Shown here: positions 48,645-64,000 of the stretch, one piece after another | Numbering within the stretch: position 1 is the stretch's first letter | Layout of the letters: every line of letters starts with the position of its first letter | Assembly: GCF_947568905.1 (NCBI RefSeq) | Contig: NC_079164.1 | Location: 84,382,001-84,446,000, forward strand | Reading direction: 5' to 3' | DNA: 64,000 nucleotides | Source of the DNA: Ostrea edulis | Taxonomy: Eukaryota | Program-made: the position numbers and the translations under genes | Notes under the pieces: generated by a model | Seen by the model: only the letters and a program-made list of their open reading frames with translations | Told to the model about the DNA's origin: nothing | Database searches by the model: none

Positions 48645-51363
48645 AAGCATTAGAAAGACCAATGACATGAACAACTGGAATTGTCAAATTTTCGGGACAA
48701 CCTGTCCCTTTGTCAGGACGGGAGAGGATTACATTATGGAGAAAACACAAATATAATTAACAATAAGCGCTAAAGCTACACTACAAAACTAGCTAAACAC
48801 TTTTCCAGCGGATTACATGTTGCAGGCTCCGTTATTAACTCAAAAAAGAATAAGAATCAGAGCGTGAACTCATCATGTCTGGTCACTGTGGTATCAGTTG
48901 GTAAAGTGTGAAATTCATTAATGGACGAACTAACTTGGCCGATCAAAAGGTGAAACAATTAATCCGTACATCGTGGTATTCTCCCCTAGATCAAACTGTT
49001 GAAAATCTAAATTTCAGATAATAGTAAATGAAATTGGTGTAATGTCTAAACTATTGGTTACTTGTAAGAAACTAAAAATGGAACTTGTTGATGAGTGCCA
49101 ACGATGTTGGCAGTGCTGGTACTGCTATGCATCCAGTTGGTGAAGCAAGGCGATGTATCGTTGGTAATATGAGGCGGTACGCAAATATCTTAATAGAAAT
49201 AAAGTTATGAGAAATAAACTGTTGTCGTAGATCAGAGGGAGAATAACATTGTCATATCAGGAATAGGTTTAGCCAATGTTCATTCTGGCAAAGTCAATCA
49301 TTTTGTTCATGCCGTTAGGACGGAATGACTTTAGTCTGTGCATCCAGAATTTTTCTTTTTTCTTTCTATCTGTGGAGCTCCAGGTTTGGTTGTGATCAAT
49401 AACCACGACAGTCATGTCTTCCCATTTGTGGCCATCTAAGTTGAAATGTTCTCCAACAGGCTCAGTGATTCTTTTGGTTTTGATGGTCGACCGGTGGTTA
49501 TTAATACGTTTGCGGAGATCTCCTGTTTAGCCAACGTACTGCTTCTGGCATGTTTTGCAGCTTATGAGGTAAATGCAGTTGTTTGTGCGGCAGGACGTGT
49601 TTCCGAAAATTTTGTAGTTACGTCCAGTAACCGGGCTTTTGAAAGTGTCAGTATCCTCGCTATGCTTGCACAGAAGGCACCTTTTGTCAGAACAAGTTCT
49701 AAAACCCCCGTTTGGCAGTGGGTTGTCCAGTCTTGCTCTAACTACCATGTCCTTGAGATTTCGAGGCCATCTGAAGGCTGCCATTGGTGGCTCTTTGAAT
49801 ACTGTTGCCATTCTTTCATTGTTGTAAAGAACTGGCAGGTGTCTACGCAAGATGGCGTTGAGACTCTTCAAGACGGGATGGAAGGTAGTCACAAGTGGGA
49901 CTCTGCTACTTTTTTCTCTCTCTTTGTATTGTAACAGGGTGTTTCGGTCTTTGCTGGACAACTCATCGATTGCCGATTGCACTGGGGCAGCCCTATAGTC
50001 TCTTCTGCATAGGTGTGTATTCAGGAGTTGGCTCTGTTCTTGGAAGGATGTTGTAGATGAACAGATGCGACGAACTCTAGTGGCTAAACCTTTGGGCACT
50101 CCTTTGAAAGTATGAGGAGGATGGCAGCTCGATGGCATCAAATATAGGTGAGAGTCAGTTGGTTTTGTATGAAGACTGAACTCTATTTCACTATTGTTCA
50201 GAGTGGATGTGGTGTCCAAGAAGGTGTTCTTTGAACATGAAATTTCCACTGTGAATTTGATGGAATGGTGGAACGAATTGGTGAAAGAAATAAAGCCGTC
50301 GAGACTCTCTCGGCTGCCAGTCCACTTCATTTCTATGTCATCAATGAAACGCAACCAACTGAGGGGCCTGGAAGGCGACTGGTTTAGTAGGTTGCGTTCA
50401 AGTCTGCCCATGAAAATATTGGCATATGATGGAGCCATCTTGGTTCCCATAGTGGTGCCACTTATCTGCAAATAGTGCTCACCGTTGAACATGAAGTTGT
50501 TCATTTTGAGAACATGTTCAAGTAGTTTGATCAAAGATTCAGTGGACGGACATTTGATGGTCCTATTTTCCCAGACTTCCCTACAAGCTTCAATTCCTTC
50601 ATCGTGCGGAATGTTGGTGTAAAGTGATGTAACGTCCATCGTCACGAGAAGGGTATTGTCAGGAAGGTTTGAAGAGGAAGTTTTGTTAATGTAGTCTGTT
50701 GTGTCCTTCAGATAAGATGGCAGTTTTTCTACATGTGGACGGAGATGCAAATCTAGAAATTCTGAGATTTTCTCCGTGGGGTGTCCGATGGCACTTACTA
50801 TGGGACGGCTTGGCATGCCTTCTTTGTGAATTTTAGGCAGTAAGTATAGTTGTCCGGGTCTACAGTCCATGGGCCGAAGTGTTTCAAAGACGTTTACACC
50901 TATCTCCTCATTCTTGTACATATCTTTGAGGGTTGTGGTAATTGTGGCTGAAAACTTCTTAGTAGGGTCAGACTCCAATTTTTTGTAAAATCGCTCGTCT
51001 GAGAGCTGTTTGTGAGCTTCTGCCAAATACATCTTCTTGTCTAGGACCACTACTGTTGATCCCTTGTCTGCCTTTTTTATGACAATGTCGTCCCTGTTCT
51101 TGAGTGTCTGTAAGGATGATCTCTCTTCCTTACTTAGATTGTCGGAGACGATCTCTGTTTGGCTGAGAACTTTCTCAATGTCTTGCTCGACTGCTTCGAT
51201 ATAGGACTCTAGAGCTCCGCACTTGCCTGGTTGTGGTTCCCAGTTGCTTCCGGGTCTATAGAGTGTATGACTCTCTAGATTGTCCAGGGTGACTTCAGTG
51301 AAATTACTATCATCTGAAGTTTTGCATGAAAAATGCTCCTTGAGTCTTAATCTTCGGAAGAAT
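48644..51363 (-). mobile_element. Neptune-type Penelope-like element (RT, Zn-finger linker, GIY-YIG), 5'-truncated, one in-frame stop
   Basis: The frame is open from [11 protein letters not shown] (~51363) through [63 protein letters not shown] and [16 protein letters not shown]. After TAA (49529-49527) it continues in frame as TGDLRKRINNHRS...EKFWMHRLKSFRPNGMN to the stop at 49269. The 3' UTR carries a degenerate hammerhead at 48690-48716. Both ends abut (TA)n. Confidence 0.88.
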
Positions 51364-51384
51364 ATATATGTATAAATATAGATC

Positions 51385-51421
<37 letters not shown>

Positions 51422-51424
<3 letters not shown>

Positions 51425-51595
51425 AAATACGTTTGTAAATTAGTGTAGTTGTAGTGCTAGATGTATTTATATGTAGTTTTTGTTATTATTCAGAACTCTG
51501 TTGATATTGGTCACATTATGTAATTATTTTTGTTTGTCCTGACCCCGAAAATTTGACAATCTGGTTGTTCGTGTTGTTGGTCATTTTAGTGCTTT
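51422..51595 (+). mobile_element. Inverted pLTR-like segment related to the Neptune 3' end
   Basis: gtcctgaccccgaaaatttgacaatctggttgttcgtgttgttggtcattttagtgcttt is about 80% similar to the reverse complement of 48644-48720, with the hammerhead stem II deleted. Confidence 0.6.
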
Positions 51596-51675
51596 GTATA
51601 ATTTTTTGTATTTGACCTTGTATCCATGTTGTGGATCCGACATTTTTAGGTATCAGGTGTTGTTGGAAGTTACTG

Positions 51676-51706
<31 letters not shown>

Positions 51707-51710
<4 letters not shown>

Positions 51711-51838
51711 CACTAAATAATCACAACTAGGTACTGAAAATTTTCGCCCCAGCCCGGGGTCGAACCAGCGACGTACGGCACCCACCGCCTAGCAAGATTG
51801 TCAAACCAGTGCGTAAGTCCACTCGGCCACAACGACTT

Positions 51839-51841
<3 letters not shown>
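51707..51841 (-). mobile_element. Short tRNA-derived SINE embedded in (TA)n
   Basis: On the minus strand: A box gtggccgagtgg, B box ggttcgacccc, tail ...ttatttagtgcttt. (TA)n lies on both sides (51679-51706 and 51842-51883). Confidence 0.75.
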
Positions 51842-51885
<44 letters not shown>

Positions 51886-52571
51886 TTTGAATTAACTTGA
51901 TATCTTTATGACACTGGTATACCTGATTTAAATCAGAGTTACATTCTCACCAAAGTAGGCCGTGAGATGATACGAGACTTGTAGAAATTGCTAATCTCTG
52001 TTACAAAGCATTTGTCTCCAATGATACATAAAAATATTAGATCAAAAACGAATTTTCCTGGGCACACAAACTTAATAATAATAAGAGTAACCTATTTGGA
52101 AAAGCTTATTAATATCACTTGGCATTATACAGTATCAATATGATATTAAATTGTTAATTAGAAATTAGCACATATTTTGTCACACTTAGTGACAGATATG
52201 GTGATACCTGTTACAGATTTTGAATGTAGCAATATAAACATGTAGTTTTAAACCAAAATTTTGTAATATGTAATGAATGAATCGTAAAATTTAACTTACT
52301 CTTTGATATATATTGTTATCTTTCAAAATTTCAAAGAAACTTCAGTACATGGCATCCATTATTGTTTACAGATTTGCTAAGGAATTTTTTTCTTGACTGT
52401 ACATTGTACATAACAGTAATATTCGAGATATTCCGAATGCGTTTGATGGGGTCATGTATGCGCTTAAAGTTATGTAATTTAAACATGGAAGAATTTAAGC
52501 ATAAAAATAATAATGATTAATACAATTTCGCAAAGGCCGAAGTAAAAGTAGATTGAGACTGAGTCAAAGTG

Positions 52572-61121
<8,550 letters not shown>

Positions 61122-61893
61122 TAGTATGTCCAGGAAAACAAAAGATGGATATTTTGCCCCCCTTTTTAGGTCACTCAAGTGATCTTATTGCTAACTGCCT
61201 GTCCATCTGTCATGCAATTTCTTCTCGGAAACAAATTGACAGGTGTATATAACATCTTTAGGTTTTGTGAATTTAATGGTTACTAACCATTCTACGGATT
61301 GGGCCAAAACTTGATAAAAATGATGCAGTCTATAATTTTTTTTACATATATACATGTAGCAGACAAACCAAGTGCATAGTTATAATAAACGTAAAGGCCT
61401 CTACTACAAAGTTAAGAGGTGTAGGCAGCAGGGCTTTGCTGGATAGGTCACACAGAGGAAATGTGCGTTATCTTACCATATCTACATTCCCAATGTTTTT
61501 GGCCAGGTTGCATAACATGCAAACGGCTTATAGAATGGTGAATGGTGGGCGGGCGGGATGGTTCTGTAATAGGGTAATCAACTCCTTTCACACCTCTTAC
61601 TTGATGTTCCACAAACTTTGTTTAGTTGTTATGGATACATTGAAAATGTGCATGTGTCTTTTTAAAAGTGATCACACAATTTTTAAAAAATTTACATGTA
61701 GTCATTTTTTAAGCAGATCTTAAATAGAGTGGGTACCATTTTTGTAATCAATTCCTCTTACAGCATTTATTTGACATCCTTCAGACCTTATACTGCTGTT
61801 ATGGAAGCATTGAAGATGTCCATGTGTCATTTTGGAAGTGATCGGACCTTCTTTGGAAAATTTACATGTACATGATGTAGTTGAACTTTGTCA

Positions 61894-63830
61894 TTTTTAT
61901 ATATCTGTCGAAGACGGGATGTATTATGGTATGGCTCCATCCCTCTGTCCGAACCTTGTGGGCAGGATACAGACTGAACCGTAAGCTCCAGGATTTTACA
62001 ACTTGGTACATATAAACATCATGATAAAAGGAAGATGTCTCTTGTTTTTCAAGATCATAGGTCAAAGGTCAAGGTCGTAGCATCACTTAGTAGGAAAACC
62101 TAGTGGGCAGGATACAAACCAAACCGTAAACTCTTGAATATTACAACTTAGTATATTTGATCACCATGATGAGAGGAAAATGCCTATTATTTGTCAAGGT
62201 CAGAAGTCAAAGGTCAAGGTCATAGTATTACTTAGTAGGAAAACCTTGTAGGCAGGATACAAAATGAACTGTAAGCTCCAGAATATTGCAACTTGATACA
62301 TTTAATCACCATGACGAGAGGAAGATGCCTATTTTTAAGGTCAGAAGTCAAAGGTCAAGGTTGTAGTATTACTTAGAAGGAAAACCTTGTAGGCAGGATA
62401 CAAACCGAACCGCAAGCTCCAGGATATTGCAGATTGGTAAATTTGATCACCAGGATGAGAGAAAGATGCCTATTGTTTTTCAAGGTTAGAGGTCAAAGGT
62501 CAAGGTCACAGTATCACTTAATTGGAAAACCTTGTAGGCAGGATACAAACCAAACCGTAAGCTCCAGGATATTGCAGATTGGTACATTTGATCACCATGA
62601 TGAGAGGAAGATGCCTAATGCTTTTCAAGGTTAGAGATCAAAGGTCAAGGTTGCAGTATAACAGTAGGAAGACCTTGTAGGCAGGATTAAAACCGACCAT
62701 AAACTCCAAGATATTGCAAGTTAGTACATTTGATCACCATAATAAGAAGATACCTATTATTTTTCAAGGTCAAAGTTAGCTGCAATAATGTAGCCCTATC
62801 CAATTTTTTTAAATTCTGACGTTTTCGGGATAGGGCTACAATTCCATAGGATCTCCGTAATGGTGCAAAATAATTTTATGAATAACCGATAATAAACTCT
62901 GTGTATTAGTCCCAAATGTTGTTTACACCAAAAGGAGTACCAACTTTGTGCTCGGGCATGTCTAATAAAGGTGTTTTTCATTAAATACAATGTACAGCAT
63001 GCAAAATTCTTCGTCTGCTCCGCCATGCTTGTTATCGCGAGATCTCGTAGGTGGATCTAATGAAAAACCTAAGCATTGACAATCAGCGCGAAAATGTAAT
63101 TACTCGAGCCACTTCGACAAAGAAAGGAAAATCATATTGTTGTAGAAAGAATTTACACTCTGCTGTTCGGTTTTTAACTTGATATTAAATTCAAACCTTT
63201 TCAATACCGACGAAATAGCTTTCGCCTCCATACGTTTCCATCGATGTAAATACTACCTTATATGGCATATGCAAATAACTTGACAATCGGAAGTTTATAC
63301 TTCAGTACATCAAACATGGCGCACAAATATGAATCGAGAAATTGGAATTTATCGAAATTGTTGCAAACGGTAGAATAGAGCCTCACAAATCTTAAGTTGC
63401 AGGTTGTAAATTTATATATTGACTAAGAAACATAGAATATCATTTTATTTACGTAAAGAAAGTCAGGAAATGTTTAGAATGAGCGCAAATGTTGCGGGAG
63501 TGAATCACTCCCGCATTTGCACCATTACGGAGATCCTAAGGAGTTGTAGCCCTCTCTAAAAAAAAAAAAAAAAAAAAAAAATCAGAGAGGGCTACATTAT
63601 TGCAGCTAGGTCAAAGTATCACTTAGTAGGAAAACCTTGTAGGCAGTATACAAACCGAACTGTTGGGGCTAGGACTGTCAAACTTTGTACACATACACTT
63701 TATGCCAAGTGGAGGGTGCCTATTGTTTCTTAATGTCAAAGGTCAAGGACGTAATAACAGGATGTGGACTGATTCTTTGGGGAAAGGACCATCAAACTTG
63801 GTACACATACATCTTATGCCAAGTGAAAAT
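61894..63830 (+). mobile_element. Second copy of the 60113 Helentron-like family with a longer array, interrupted by the 9-bp-TSD MITE
   Basis: Same head (gtcgaagacgggatgtattatggtat) and about seven ~120-bp units. The array resumes after 63617. Confidence 0.65.
62777..63608 (-). mobile_element. Non-autonomous TIR transposon with 9-bp TSD, copy 2
   Basis: TIRs tagctgcaataatgtagccct / agggctacattattgcagcta; perfect TSD ggtcaaagt at 62768-62776 and 63609-63617; inverted, nearly identical to 12569-13392. Confidence 0.92.
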
Positions 63831-64000
63831 ATTACTTAGAGAGTACATGATTTGTCTTGTTTTTATGATGCATTGAAAGAATGTCACACACTGATGATTG
63901 CTGATACTACTTGAAGCCAAGTTCTACAAATCATGGTGTAAGAAAAACACCCTGTATTAGCTTTTCACTGGTGTAATATGTACCGTTGGCTGTACTCTTG

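Overview
AT-rich, intron- and repeat-rich eukaryotic DNA. The SINE, Helentron-satellite and Penelope-like repeat types suggest a bivalve, probably an oyster (inference). Four host genes can be reconstructed by hand from splice signals. (1, 2) Two 5-coding-exon, 254-aa paralogues of a secreted ML-domain (MD-2/NPC2/GM2AP-like lipid-recognition) protein on + at 8259-10035 and 35753-36956. (3) An 8-coding-exon, 430-aa uncharacterised coiled-coil gene on - (48102 to 40834) with a GC-AG intron. (4) The 5' part of PDCD6/ALG-2 on + (52572 to beyond 61119). PDCD6 carries two 62-nt copies of its EF-hand-1 exon that look mutually exclusive and are flanked by Rbfox-type UGCAUG motifs; this is the most interesting signal. 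The remainder is mobile DNA: a full-length RTE LINE with TSD, CR1/L2 fragments, a Neptune-type and several probable Naiad-type Penelope-like elements, minimal hammerhead ribozyme motifs, tRNA-derived SINEs, Helentron-like satellite carriers, 9-bp-TSD and TTAA-TSD MITEs, a decayed transposase, minisatellites and long palindromes. No bona fide tRNA, rRNA or CRISPR array was found. Coordinates were counted by hand. Exon ends were checked for frame; repeat ends are approximate. Family names come from recalled motifs, not database searches.
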